A DNA stretch of 64,000 nt, from NCBI GenBank assembly GCA_964016885.1, contig OZ024741.1, positions 262,012,001-262,076,000 of the forward strand, in the 5' to 3' direction. Each line of letters starts with the position of its first letter. The stretch's first letter is position 1. This document shows, one piece after another, positions 34,101 through 49,100 of this stretch. The translations under genes and the position numbers were made by a program. This DNA comes from Eledone cirrhosa (lineage: Eukaryota). Below the pieces are notes generated by a model that saw only the letters and a program-made list of their open reading frames with translations, ran no database searches and was not told the origin of the DNA.

Positions 34101-37100
34101 TTACTTACGCGTGTTTCGGCGTACGAGAGTTTTGACTTACGGGTGTTTCGACTTACGAGTGTTTTGACTTACGAATGTTTTGACTTATGGGTGTTTCGGC
34201 TTACGAGTGTTTCGACTTACGAGTCTTTCGGCTTACGAGTGTTTCGACTTACTAATGTTTTTACTTACGAGTGTTTCGGCGTACGAATGTTTCGACTTAC
34301 GAGTATTTCGACTTACGGGTGTTTTGACTTACGGGTGTTTCGGCTTACGAGTGTTTCGACTTACGAGTGTTTGACTTAAGGGTGTTTCGACTTACGAGTA
34401 TTTTTGGCTTACGAGTGTTTCGACTTACGAGTGTTTTGACTTACGAGTGTTCTGATTTACGGATGTTTCGACATACGAGTGTTTCGACTTACGAGTGTTT
34501 CGACTTATGAGTGTTTCGACTTACGAGTGTTTCGACTTACGAGTGTTTCGGCTTATGAGTGTTTCGACTTACGAGTGTTTTGACTTACGGTGTTTCGGCT
34601 TACGAGTGTTTCGACTTACGAGTGTTTTGACTTACGGGTGTTTTGACATACGAGTGTTTCGATACGAGTGTTCTGACTTACGAGTGTTCTGACTTACGAG
34701 TGTTTTGACTTACGTGTGTTCTGACTTACGAGTGTTCCGACTTACGAGTGTTCCGACTTACGAGTGTTTCGGCTTACGAGTGTTTCCGGCTTACGAGTGT
34801 TTCGACTTACGAGTGTTTTGACTTACGGGTGTTGTGACTTACGAGTGTTCCGATTTACGAGTGTTTTGACTTACGGTGTTTCGGCTTACGAGTGATTCGA
34901 CTTACGAATGTTTTGACTTACGGGTGTTTCGGCTTGCGAGTGTTTCGACTTACGAGTGTTTCGGGTTATTAGTGTTTCGTCTTACTAATGTTTTTACTTA
35001 CGAGTGTTTCGGCGTACGAGTGTTTTGACTTACGATTGTTTCGACTTACGAGTGTTTTGACTTACGAATGTTTTGACTTACGGGTGTTTCGGCTTACGAG
35101 TGTTTCGACTTACGAGTGTTTCGGCTTGCGAGTGTTTCGACTTACTAATGTTTTTACTTACGAGTGTTTCGGCGTACGAGTGTTTCGACTTACGAGTGTT
35201 TCGACTTACGGGTGTTTTGACTTACGGGTGTTGTGAATTACGAGTGTTCCGATTTACGAGTGTTTTGACTTACGGTGTTTCGGCTTACGAATGATTTGAC
35301 TTACGAATGTTTTGACTTACGGGTGTTTCGGCTTGCGAGTGTTTCGACTTACGAGAGTTTTGACTTACGAGTGTTTCGACTTACGAGTGTTTTGACTTAA
35401 GGGTGTTTCGACTTACGAGTTATTTCGGCTTACGAGTGTTTCGACTTACGAGTGTTTTGACTTACGAGTGTTCTGATTTACGGATGTTTCGACATACGAG
35501 TGTTTTCACTTACGGTGTTTCGGCTTACGAGTGATTCGACTTACGAGTGTTTTGACTTACGGATGTTTTGACTTACGGGTGTTGTGAATTACGAGTGTTC
35601 CTATTTACGAGTGTTTTGACTTACGGTGTTTCGGCTTACGAGTGATTCGACTTACGAATGTTTTGACTTACGGGTGTTTCGGCTTGCGAGTGTTTCGACT
35701 TACGAGTGTTTCGGCTTATGAGTGTTTCGACTTACTAATGGTTTTACTTACGAGTGTTTCGGCGTACGAGTGTTTTGACTTACGACTGTTTCGACTTACG
35801 AGTGTTTTGACTTACGAATGTTTTGAACGACGGGTGTTTCGGCTTACGAGTGTTTCGACTTACGAGTGTTTCGGCTTGCGAGTGTTTCGACTTACTAATG
35901 TTTTTACTTACGAGTGTTTGGGCGTACGAGTGTTTCGACATACGAGTGTTTTGACTTACGGGTGTTTCGACTTACGAGTGTTTTGACTTACGAATGTTTT
36001 GACTTACGGGTGTTTCGGCTTACGAGTGTTTCGACTTATGAGTGTTTCGGCTTACGAGTGTTTCGACTTACTAATGTTTTTACTTACGATTGTTTCGGCG
36101 TACGAGAGTTTTGACTTACAAGTGTTTCGACTTACGAGTGTTTCGACTTACGAGTGTTTTGACTTACGAATGTTTTGACTTACGGGTGTTTCGGCTTACG
36201 AGTGTTTCGACTTACGAGTCTTTCGGCTTACGAGTGTCTCGACTTACTAATGTTTTTACTTACGAGTGTTTCGGCGTACGAGTGTTTAGACTTACGAGTA
36301 TTTCGACTTACGGGTGTTTTGACTTACGGGTGTTTCGGCTTACGAGTGTTTCGACTTACGAGTGTTTGACTTAAGGGTGTTTCGACTTACGAGTATTTTT
36401 GGCTTACGAGTGTTTCGACTTACGAGTGTTTTGACTTACGAGTGTTCTGATTTACGGATGTTTCGACATACGAGTGTTTGGACTTACGAGTGTTTCGACT
36501 TATGAGTGTTTCGACTTACGAGTGTTTCGAGTTACGAGTGTTTCGGCTTATGAGTGTTTCGACTTACGAGTGTTTTGACTTACGGTGTTTCGGCTTACGA
36601 GTGTTTCGACTTACGAGTGTTTTGACATACGGGTGTTTTGACATACGAGTGTTTCGATACGAGTGTTCTGACTTACGAGTGTTCTGACTTACGAGGGTTC
36701 CGACTTACGAGTGTTCCGACTTACGAGTGTTTTGGCTTACGGTGTTTCGGCTTACGAGTGTTTCGAGTTACGAGTGTTTTGACTTACGCGTGTTTTGACA
36801 TACGAGTGTTTCGATACGAGGGTTCTGACTTTCGAGTGTTCTGACTTACGAGTGTTCTGACTTACGAGTGTTCTGACTTACGAGTGTTCCGACTTTACGA
36901 GTGTTTCGGCTCACGAGTGTTTTGGCTTACGGTGTTTCGGCTTACGAGTGTTTCGAGTTACGAGTGTTTTGACTTACGCGTGTTTTGACATACGAGTGTT
37001 TCTATACGAGTGTTCTGACTTACGAGTGTTCTGACTTACGAGTGTTCTGACTTACGAGTGTTCTGACTTACGAGTGTTCTGACTTACGAGTGTATCGACT

Positions 37101-40100
37101 TACGAAAATAACAAATAGACGCGGTTTCAAATCTCTATGCTTTTCAAATTCATTACATTAATCTTTATTTATACGTTTCGCTTTACGAGTGTTTCAGCTT
37201 ACGAGTGTTTTGATTTACGAGTGTTTTGACTTACGGGTGTTTCGACTTTCGCGTGTTTCGACTTACGAGTGTTTCGACTTACGAGTGTTTCGACTTACGA
37301 GTGTTTCGGCTTACGAGTGTTTCGAATTACGAGTCTTTTGGCATACGAATGTTTTCACTGACGGGTGTTTCGACTTACGAGTGTTTCGACTTACGAGTGT
37401 TTTGACTTACGAGTGTTCTGACTTACGAGTGTTCTGACTTACGAGTGTTCCGACTAACAAGTGTTCCGACTTACGAGTGTTTCGGCTTACGTGTGTTTCG
37501 GCTTACGAGTGTTTCGGCTTACGAGTGTTTTGACTTACGAGTGTTCTGACTACGAGTGTTCTGACTTACGAGTGTTCTGACTTACGAGTGTTCCGACATA
37601 CGAGTGTTTCGGCTTATGAGTGTTTCGACTTACGGGCGTTTCGACTTACGGGTGTTTCGACTTACGAGTGTTTTGACTTACGAGTGTTCTGACTTCCGAG
37701 TGTTCTGACTTACGAGTGTTCCGACTTACGACTGTTTCGACTTACGAGTGTTTTGACTTACGAGTGTTCCGACTTACGAGTGTTTAAGCTTACGGGTGTT
37801 TCGACGTACGAGTATTTTTGGCTTACGAGTGTTTCGACTTACAAGTGTTTTGAATTACGATTGTTTCGGCTTACGAGTGTTTCGACTTACGAGTATTTCG
37901 ACTTACGAGTGTTTTGACTTACGGGTGTTTTGACATTCGAGTGTTTCGATACGAGTGCTCTGACTTACGAGTGTTCTGAATTACGAGTGTTCTGACTTAC
38001 GAGTGTTCGGACTTACAGGTGTTCTGACTTACGTGTGTTCCGACTTACGAGTGTTTCGGCTATGGGTGTTTCGACTTACGAGTGTTTCGACTTACGAATG
38101 TTTTGGCTTACGAGTGTTTCGGCTTACGAGTGTTTCGACTTACGAATGTTTTGAATTACGGTGTTTCGGCTTACGAGTTATTCGACATACGTGTGTTTCG
38201 ACTTACGGGTGTTTCGACTTACGGGTGTTTCGACTTACGAGTGTTTCGGCTTACGTGAGTTTTGACTTAAGAGTGTTCTTACGAGTGTTTTGACTTACGA
38301 ATGTTTTGACTTACGGGTGTTTCGGCTTACGAGTGTTTCGACTTACCAGTGTTTCGGCTTGCGAGTGTTTCGACTTACTAATGTTTTTCCTTACGAGTTT
38401 TCGGCGTACGAGTGTTTCGACTTACGAGTGTTTCGACTTACGAGTGTTTCGGCTTATGAGTGTTTCGACTTACGAGTGTTTTGACTTACGGGTGTTTTGA
38501 CATACGAGTGTTTCGATACGAGTGTTCTGACTTACGAGTGTTCTGACTTACGAGTGTTCTGACTTACGAGTGTTCTGACTTACGGGTGTTCTGACTTACG
38601 AGTGTTCCGACTTACGAGTGTTTCGGCTATGAGTGTTTTGACTTACGGGTGTTTCAACTTACGGGTGTTTCGACTTACGAGTGTTTCGACTTACGAGTGT
38701 TTCCGCTTACGAGTGTTTCGGCTTACGAGTGTTTCGACATACTAATGTTTTTACTTACGAGTGTTTCGGTGTACGAGTGTTTCGACTTAAGGATGCTTCG
38801 ACTTACGAGTGTTTCGAATTACGAGTGTTTTGGCTTACGAATGTTTTCACTTACGGGTGTTTCGACTTACGGGTGTTTAGGCTTACGAGTGTTTCGACTT
38901 ACGAGTGTTTTGACTTACGAGTGTTCTGACTTACGAGTGTTCTGACTACGAGTGTTCTGACTTACGGGTGTTCTGACTTACGAGTGTTCCGACTTACGAG
39001 TGTTTCGGCTTATGAAGGTTTCGACTTACGGGCGTTTCGACTTACGGGTGTTTCGACTTACGAGTGTTTTGACTTACGAGTGTTCTGACTTACGAGTGTT
39101 CTGTCTTACGAGTGTTCCGACTTACGACTGTTTCGACTTACGAGTGTTTCGACTTAAGAGTGTTTTGAATTACGATTGTTTCGGCTTACGAGTGTTTCGA
39201 CTTACGAGTATTTCGACTTACGAGTGATTCGGCTATGGGTGTTTCGACTTACGAGTGTTTCGACTTACGAATGTTTTGGCTTACGAGTGTTTCGGCTTAC
39301 GAGTGTTTCGACTTACGAATGTTTTAGCTTACGAGTGTTTCGGCTTACGGGCGTTTCGACTTACGAGTGTTTCGACTTACGAGTGTTTTGACTTACGGTG
39401 TTTCGGCTTACGAGTTATTCGACATACGAGAGTTTCGACTCACGGGTGTTTCGACTTACGGGTGTTTCGACTTACGAGTGTTTCGACTTATGAGTGTTTC
39501 GACTTACGAGTGTTCTGACTTACGAGTGTTCTGACTTACGAGTGTTCCGACTTACGAGTGTTTCGGTTTACGAGTGTTTCGACATACGAGTGTTTTGACT
39601 TACGGGTGTTTCGACTTACGGGTGTTTCGACTTACGAGTGTTTCGGCTTACGAGTGTTTCGACTTACTAATGTTTTTACTTACGAGTGTTTCGGTGTACG
39701 AGTGTTTCGACTTAAGGATGTTTCGACTTACGAGTGTTTCGACTTACGTGTGTTTCGGCTTACGTGAGTTTCGACTTAAGAGTGTTCTGATTTACGAGTG
39801 TTCTGACTTGCGGGTGTTCTGATTTACGAGTGTTCCGACTTACGAGTGTTTCGGCTTATGAGTGTTTCGACTTACGAGTGTTTCGGCTTACGAGTGTTTC
39901 GACTTACGGTGTTTCGGCTTACGAGTGTTTCGACATACGAGTGTTTTGACTTACGGGTGTTTCGACTTACGAGTGTTTTGACTTACGAATGTTTTGACTT
40001 ACGGGTGTTTCGGCTTACGAGTGTTTCGACTTACGAGTGTTTCGGCTTACGAGTGTTTCGACTTACTAATGTTTTTACTTACGAGTGTTTCGGCGTACGA

Positions 40101-43100
40101 GAGTTTTGACTTACGAGTGTTTCGACTTGCGGGTGTTTCGACTTACGAGTGTTTTGACTTACGAATGTTTTGACTTACGGGTTTTTCGGCTTACGAGTGT
40201 TTCGACTTACGAGTCTTTCTGCTTACAAGTGTTTCGACTTACTATTGTTTTTACTTACGAGTGTTTCGGCTTACGAGTGTTTCGACTTACGAGTGTTCTG
40301 ACTTATGAGTGTTCTGACTTACGAGTGTTCTGACTTACGAGTGTTCCGACTTACGAGTGTTTCGGCTTACGAGTGTTTCGACTTACGAGTGTTTCGACTT
40401 ACTAATGTTTTTACTTACGAGTGTTTCGGCGTACGAGTGTTTCGACTTACGAGTATTTCGACTTACGGGTGTTTTGACTTACGGGTGTTTCGGCTTACGA
40501 GTGTTTCGACTTACGAGTGTTTGACTTAAGGGTGTTTCGACTTACGAGTATTTTTGGCTTACGAGTGTTTCGACTTACGAGTGTTTTGACTTACGAGTGT
40601 TCTGATTTACGGATGTTTCGACATACGAGTGTTTCGACTTACGAGTGTTTCGACTTATGAGTGTTTCGACTTACGAGTGTTTCGACTTACGAGTGTTTCG
40701 GCTTATGAGTGTTTCGACTTACGAGTGTTTTGACTTACGGTGTTTCGGCTTACGAGTGTTTCGACTTACGAGTGTTTTGACTTACGGGTGTTTTGACATA
40801 CGAGTGTTTCGATATGAGTGTTCTGACTTACGAGTGTTCTGACTTACGAGTGTTTTGACTTACGTGTGTTCTGACTTACGAGTGTTCCGACTTACGAGTG
40901 TTCCGACTTACGAGTGTTTCGGCTTACGAGTGTTTCCGGCTTACGAGTGTTTCGACTTACGAGTGTTTTGACTTACGGTGTTTCGGCTTACGAGTGATTC
41001 GACTTACGAGTGTTTTGACTTACGGGTGTTTTGACTTACGGGTGTTGTGAATTACGAGTGTTCCGATTTACGAGTGTTTTGACTTACGGTGTTTCGGCTT
41101 ACGAGTGATTCGACTTACGAATGTTTTGACTTACGGGTGTTTCGGCTTGCGAGTGTTTCGACTTACGAGTGTTTCGGCTTATGAGTGTTTCGTCTTACTA
41201 ATGTTTTTACTTACGAGTGTTTCGGCGTACGAGTGTTTTGACTTACGATTGTTTCGACTTACGAGTGTTTTGACTTACGAATGTTTTGACTTACGGGTGT
41301 TTCGGCTTACGAGTGTTTCGACTTACGAGTGTTTCGGCTTGCGAGTGTTTCGACTTACTAATGTTTTTACTTACGAGTGTTTCGGCGTACGAGTGTTTCG
41401 ACTTACGAGTGTTTCGACTTACGGGTGTTTTGACTTACGGGTGTTGTGAATTACGAGTGTTCCGATTTACGAGTGTTTTGACTTACGGTGTTTCGGCTTA
41501 CGAGTGATTTGACTTACGAATGTTTTGACTTACGAGTGTTTCGACTTACGAGTGTTTTGACTTACGAGTGTTCTGATTTACGGATGTTTCTACATACGAG
41601 TGTTTTCACTTACGGTGTTTCGGCTTACGAGTGATTCGACTTACGAGTGTTTTGACTTACGGGTGTTTTGACTTACGGGTGTTGTGAATTACGAGTGTTC
41701 CGATTTACGAGTGTTTTGACTTACGGTTTCGGCTTACGAGTGATTCGACTTACGAATGTTTTGACTTATGGGTGTTTCGGATTGCGAGTGTTTCGACTTA
41801 CGAGTGTTTCGGCTTATGAGTGTTTCGACTTACTAATGTTTTTACTTACGAGTGTTTGGGCGTACGAGTGTTTCGACATACGAGTGTTTTGACTTACGGG
41901 TGTTTCGACTTACGAGTGTTTTGACTTACGAATGTTTTGACTTACGGGTGTTTCGGCTTACGAGTGTTTCGACTTACGAGTCTTTCGGCTTACGAGTGTC
42001 TCGACTTACTAATGTTTTTACTTACGAGTGTTTCGGCGTACGAGTGTTTAGACTTACGAGTATTTCGACTTACGGGTGTTTTGACTTACGGGTGTTTCGG
42101 CTTACGAGTGTTTCGACTTACGAGTGTTTGACTTAAGGGTGTTTCGACTTACGAGTATTTTTGGCTTACGAGTGTTTCGACTTACGAGTGTTTTGACTTA
42201 CGAGTGTTCTGATTTACGGATGTTTCGACATACGAGTGTTTCGACTTACGAGTGTTTCGACTTATGAGTGTTTCGACTTACGAGTGTTTCGACTTACGAG
42301 TGTTTCGGCTTATGAGTGTTTCGACTTACGAGTGTTTTGACTTACGGTGTTTCGGCTTACGAGTGTTTCGACTTACGAGTGTTTTGACATACGGGTGTTT
42401 TGACATACGAGTGTTTCGATACGAGTGTTCTGACTTACGAGTGTTCTGACTTACGAGGGTTCCGACTTACGAGTGTTCCGACTTACGAGTGTTTTGGCTT
42501 ACGGTGTTTCGGCTTACGAGTGTTTCGAGTTACGAGTGTTTTGACTTACGCGTGTTTTGACATACGAGTGTTTCGATACGAGGGTTCTGACTTTCTAGTG
42601 TTCTGACTTACGAGTGTTCTGACTTACGAGTGTTCGGACTTACGAATGTTCCGACTTTACGAGTGTTTCGGCTCACGAGTGTTTTGGCTTACGGTGTTTC
42701 GGCTTACGAGTGTTTCGAGTTACGAGTGTTTTGACTTACGCGTTTTTTGACATACGAGTGTTTCGATACGAGTGTTCTGACTTACGAGTGTTCTGACTTA
42801 CGAGTGTTCTGACTTACGAGTGTTCTGACTTACGAGTGTTCTGACTTACGAGTGTATCGACTTACGAAAATAACAAATAGACGCGGTTTCAAATCTCTAT
42901 GCTTTTCAAATTCATTACATTAATCTTTATTTATACGTTTCGCTTTACGAGTGTTTCGACTTACGAGTCTTTCGACATACGAGTGTATCAGCTTACGAGT
43001 GTTTTGATTTACGAGTGTTTTGACTTACGGGTGTTTCGACTTACGAGTGTTTCGGCTTACGAGTGTTTCGAATTACGAGTGTTTTGGCATACGAATGTTT

Positions 43101-46100
43101 TCACTGACGGGTGTTTCGACTTACGGGTGTTTCGGCTTACGAGTGTTTCGACTTACGAGTGTTTTGACTTAGGAGTGTTCTGACTTACGAGTGTTCTGAC
43201 TTACGAGTGTTCCGACTAACAAGTGTTCCGACTTACGAGTGTTTCGGCTTACGTGTGTTTCGGCTTACGAGTGTTTCGGCTTACGAGTGTTTTGACTTAC
43301 GAGTGTTCTGACTACGAGTGTTCTGACTTACGAGTGTTCTGACTTACGAGTGTTCCGACTTACGAGTGTTTCGGCTTATGAGTGTTTCGACTTACGGGCG
43401 TTTCGACTTACGAGTGTTTTGACTTACGAGTGTTCTGACTTACGAGTGTTCTGACTTACGAGTGTTCCGACTTACGACTGTTTCGACTTACGAGTGTTTT
43501 GACTTACGAGTGTTCCGACTTACGAGTGTTTCGGCTTACGGGTCTTTCGACGTACGAGTATTTTTGGCTTACGAGTGTTTCGACTTACGAGTGTTTTGAA
43601 TTACGATTGTTTCGGCTTACGAGTGTTTCGACTTACGAGTATTTCGACTTACGAGTGTTTTGACTTACGGGTGTTTTGACATTCGAGTGTTTCGATACGA
43701 GTGCTCTGACTTACGAGTGTTCTGAATTACGAGTGTTCTGACTTACGAGTGTTCGGACTTACAGGTGTTCTGACTTACGTGTGTTCCGACTTACGAGTGT
43801 TTCGGCTATGGGTGTTTCGACTTACGAGTGTTTCGACTTACGAATGTTTTGGCTTACGAGTGTTTCGGCTTACGAGTGTTTCGACTTACGAATGTTTTGG
43901 CTTACGGTGTTTCGGCTTACGAGTGTTTCGACTTACGAGTGTTTTGACTTACGGTGTTTCGGCTTACGAGTTATTCGACATACGAGTGTTTCGACTTATG
44001 AGTGTTTCGACTTACGAGTGTTCTGACTTACGAGTGTTCTGACTTACGAGTGTTCCGACTTACGAGTGTTTCGGTTTACGAGTGTTTCGACATACGAGTG
44101 TTTTGACTTACGGGTGTTTCGACTTACGGGTGTTTCGACTTACGAGTGTTTCGGCTTACGAGTGTTTCGACTTACTAATGTTTTTATTTACGAGTGTTAC
44201 GGTGTACGAGTGTTTCGACTTAAGGATGTTTCGACTTACGAGTGTTTCGACTTACGAGTGTTTCGGCTTACGTGAGTTTTGACTTAAGAGTGTTCTTACG
44301 AGTGTTTTGACTTACGAATGTTTTGACTTACGGGTGTTTCGGCTTACGAGTGTTTCGACTTACCAGTGTTTCGGCTTGCGAGTGTTTCGACTTACTAATG
44401 TTTTTCCTTACGAGTTTTCGGCGTACGAGTGTTTCGACTTACGAGTGTTTCGACTTACGGGTGTTTTGACTTACGGGTGTTTCGGCTTACGAGTGTTTCG
44501 ACTTACGAGTGTTTCGGCTTATGAGTGTTTCGACTTACGAGTGTTTTGACTTACGAGTGTTCTGACTTACGAGTGTTCTGACTTACGGGTGTTCTGACTT
44601 ACGAGTGTTCCGACTTACGAGTGTTTCGGCTATGAGTGTTTTGACTTACGGGTGTTTCGACTTACGGGTGTTTCGACTTACGAGTGTTTCGACTTACGAG
44701 TGTTTCCGCTTACGAGTGTTTCGGCTTACGAGTGTTTCGACATACTAATGTTTTTACTTACGAGTGTTTCGGTGTACGAGTGTTTCGACTTAAGGATGCT
44801 TCGACTTACGAGTGTTTCGACTTACGAGTGTTTCGACTTACGAGTGTTTCGAATTACGAGTGTTTTGGCTTACGAATGTTTTCACTTACGGGTGTTTCGA
44901 CTTACGGGTGTTTAGGCTTACGAGTGTTTCGACTTACGAGTGTTTTGACTTACGAGTGTTCTGACTTACGAGTGTTCTGACTACGAGTGTTCTGACTTAC
45001 GGGTGTTCTGACTTACGAGTGTTCCGACTTACGAGTGTTTCGGCTTATGAAGGTTTCGACTTACGGGCGTTTCGACTTACGGGTGTTTCGACTTACGAGT
45101 GTTTTGACTTACGAGTGTTCTGACTTACGAGTGTTCTGTCTTACGAGTGTTCCGACTTACGACTGTTTCGACTTACGAGTGTTTCGACTTAAGAGTGTTT
45201 TGAATTACGATTGTTTCGGCTTACGAGTGTTTCGACTTACGAGTATTTCGACTTACGAGTGATTCGGCTATGGGTGTTTCGACTTACGAGTGTTTCGACT
45301 TACGAATGTTTTGGCTTACGAGTGTTTCGGCTTACGAGTGTTTCGACTTACGAATGTTTTAGCTTACGAGTGTTTCGACTTACGGGCGTTTCGACTTACG
45401 AGTGTTTCGACTTACGAGTGTTTTGACTTACGGTGTTTCGGCTTACGAGTTATTCGACATACGAGAGTTTCGACTCACGGGTGTTTCGACTTACGGGTGT
45501 TTCGACTTACGAGTGTTTCGACTTATGAGTGTTTCGACTTACGAGTGTTCTGACTTACGAGTGTTCTGACTTACGAGTGTTCCGACTTACGAGTGTTTCG
45601 GTTTACGAGTGTTTCGACATACGAGTGTTTTGACTTACGGGTGTTTCGACTTACGGGTGTTTCGACTTACGAGTGTTTCGGCTTACGAGTGTTTCGACTT
45701 ACTAATGTTTTTACTTACGAGTGTTTCGGTGTACGAGTGTTTCGACTTAAGGATGTTTCGACTTACGAGTGTTTCGACTTACGTGTGTTTCGGCTTACGT
45801 GAGTTTCGACTTAAGAGTGTTCTGATTTACGAGTGTTCTGACTTGCGGGTGTTCTGATTTACGAGTGTTCCGACTTACGAGTGTTTCGGCTTACGAGTGT
45901 TTCGACTTACGGTGTTTCGGCTTACGAGTGTTTCGACATACGAGTGTTTTGACTTACGGGTGTTTCGACTTACGAGTGTTTTGACTTACGAATGTTTTGA
46001 CTTACGGGTGTTTCGGCTTACGAGTGTTTCGACTTACGAGTGTTTCGGCTTACGAGTGTTTCGACTTACTAATGTTTTTACTTACGAGTGTTTCGGCGTA

Positions 46101-49100
46101 CGAGAGTTTTGACTTACGAGTGTTTCGACTTGCGGGTGTTTCGACTTACGAGTGTTTTGACTTACGAATGTTTTGACTTACGGATTTTTCGGCTTACGAG
46201 TGTTTCGACTTACGAGTCTTTCTTCTTACAAGTGTTTCGACTTACTATTGTTTTTACTTACGAGTGTTTCGGCTTACGAGTGTTTCGACTTACGAGTGTT
46301 CTGACTTATGAGTGTTCTGACTTACGAGTGTTCTGACTTACGAGTGTTCCGACTTACGAGTGTTTCGGCTTACGAGTGTTTCGACTTACGAGTGTTTCGA
46401 CTTACTAATGTTTTTACTTGCGAGTGTTTCGGCGTACGAGTGTTTCGACTTACGAGTATTTCGACTTACGGGTGTTTTGACTTACGGGTGTTTCGGCTTA
46501 CGAGTGTTTCGACTTACGAGTGTTTGACTTAAGGGTGTTTCGACTTACGAGTATTTTTGGCTTACGAGTGTTTCGACTTACGAGTGTTTTAACTTACGAG
46601 TGTTCTGATTTACGGATGTTTCGACATACGAGTGTTTCGACTTACGAGTGTTTCGACTTATGAGTGTTTCGACTTACGAGTGTTTCGACTTACGAGTGTT
46701 TCGGCTTATGAGTGTTTCGACTTACGAGTGTTTTGACTTACGGTGTTTCGGCTTACGAGTGTTTCGACTTACGAGTGTTTTGACTTACGGGTGTTTTGAC
46801 ATACGAGTGTTTCGATACGAGTGTTCTGACTTACGAGTGTTCTGACTTACGAGTGTTTTGACTTACGTGTGTTCTGACTTACGAGTGTTCCGACTTACGA
46901 GTGTTCCGACTTACGAGTGTTTCGGCTTACGAGTGTTTCCGGCTTACGAGTGTTTCGACTTACGAGTGTTTTGACTTACGGTGTTTCGGCTTACGAGTGA
47001 TTCAACTTACGAGTGTTTTGACTTACGGGTGTTTTGACTTACGGGTGTTGTGAATTACGAGTGTTCCGATTTACGAGTGTTTTGACTTACCGTGTTTCGG
47101 CTTACGAGTGATTCGACTTACGAATGTTTTGACTTACGGGTGTTTCGGCTTGCGAGTGTTTCGACTTACGAGTGTTTCGGCTTATGAGTGTTTCGTCTTA
47201 CTAATGTTTTTACTTACGAGTGTTTCGGCGTACGAGTGTTTTGACTTACGATTGTTTCGACTTACGAGTGTTTTGACTTACGAATGTTTTGACTTACGGG
47301 TGTTTCGGCTTACGAGTGTTTCGACTTACGAGTGTTTCGGCTTGCGAGTGTTTCGACTTACTAATGTTTTTACTTACGAGTGTTTCGGCGTACGAGTGTT
47401 TCGACTTACGAGTGTTTCGACTTACGGGTGTTTTGACTTACGGGTGTTGTGAATTACGAGTGTTCCGATTTACGAGTGTTTTGACTTACGGTGTTTCGGC
47501 TTACGAGTGATTTGACTTACGAATGTTTTGACTTACGGGTGTTTCGGCTTGCGAGTGTTTCGACTTACGAGAGTTTTGACTTACGAGTGTTTCGACTTAC
47601 GAGTGTTTTGACTTACGAGTGTTCTGATTTACGGATGTTTCTACATACGAGTGTTTTCACTTACGGTGTTTCGGCTTACGAGTGATTCGACTTACGAGTG
47701 TTTTGACTTACGGGTGTTTTGACTTACGGGTGGTGTGAATTACGAGTGTTCCGATTTACGAGTGTTTTGACTTACGGTGTTTCGGCTTACGAGTGATTCG
47801 ACTTACTAATGTTTTTACTTACGAGTGTTTGGGCGTACGAGTGTTTCGACATACGAGTGTTTTGACTTACGGGTGTTTCGACTTACGAGTGTTTTGACTT
47901 ACGAATGTTTTGACTTACGGGTGTTTCGGCTTACGAGTGTTTCGACTTACGAGTCTTTCGGCTTACGGGCGTTTCGGCTTATGAGTGTTTCGACTTACTA
48001 ATGTTTTGACTTATGGGTGTTTCGGCTTGCGAGTGTTTCGACTTACGAGTGTTTCGGCTTATGAGTGTTTCGACTTACTAATGTTTTTACTTACGAGTGT
48101 TTGGGCGTACGAGTGTTTCGACATACGAGTGTTTTGACTTACGGGTGTTTCGACTTACGAGTGTTTTGACTTACGAATGTTTTGACTTACGGGTGTTTCG
48201 GCTTACGAGTGTTTCGACTTACGAGTCTTTCGGCTTACGAGTGTCTCGACTTACTAATGTTTTTACTTACGAGTGTTTCGGCGTACGAGTGTTTAGACTT
48301 ACGAGTATTTCGACTTACGGGTGTTTTGACTTACGGGTGTTTCGGCTTACGAGTGTTTCGACTTACGAGTGTTTGACTTAAGGGTGTTTCGACTTACGAG
48401 TATTTTTGGCTTACGAGTGTTTCGACTTACGAGTGTTTTGACTTACGAGTGTTCTGATTTACGGATGTTTCGACATACGAGTGTTTCGACTTACGAGTGT
48501 TTCGACTTATGAGTGTTTCGACTTACGAGTGTTTCGACTTACGAGTGTTTCGGCTTATGAGTGTTTCGACTTACGAGTGTTTTGACTTACGGTGTTTCGG
48601 CTTACGAGTGTTTCGACTTACGAGTGTTTTGACATACGGGTGTTTTGACATACGAGTGTTTCGATACGAGTGTTCTGACTTACGAGTGTTCTGACTTACG
48701 AGGGTTCCGACTTACGAGTGTTCCGACTTACGAGTGTTTTGGCTTACGGTGTTTCGGCTTACGAGTGTTTCGAGTTACGAGTGTTTTGACTTACGCGTGT
48801 TTTGACATACGAGTGTTTCGATACGAGGGTTCTGACTTTCGAGTGTTCTGACTTACGAGTGTTCTGACTTACGAGTGTTCTGACTTACGAATGTTCCGAC
48901 TTTACGAGTGTTTCGGCTCACGAGTGTTTTGGCTTACGGTGTTTCGGCTTACGAGTGTTTCGAGTTACGAGTGTTTTGACTTACGCGTTTTTTGACATAC
49001 GAGTGTTTCGATACGATTGTTCTGACTTACGAGTGTTCTGACTTACGAGTGTTCTGACTTACGAGTGTTCTGACTTACGAGTGTTCTGACTTACGAGTGT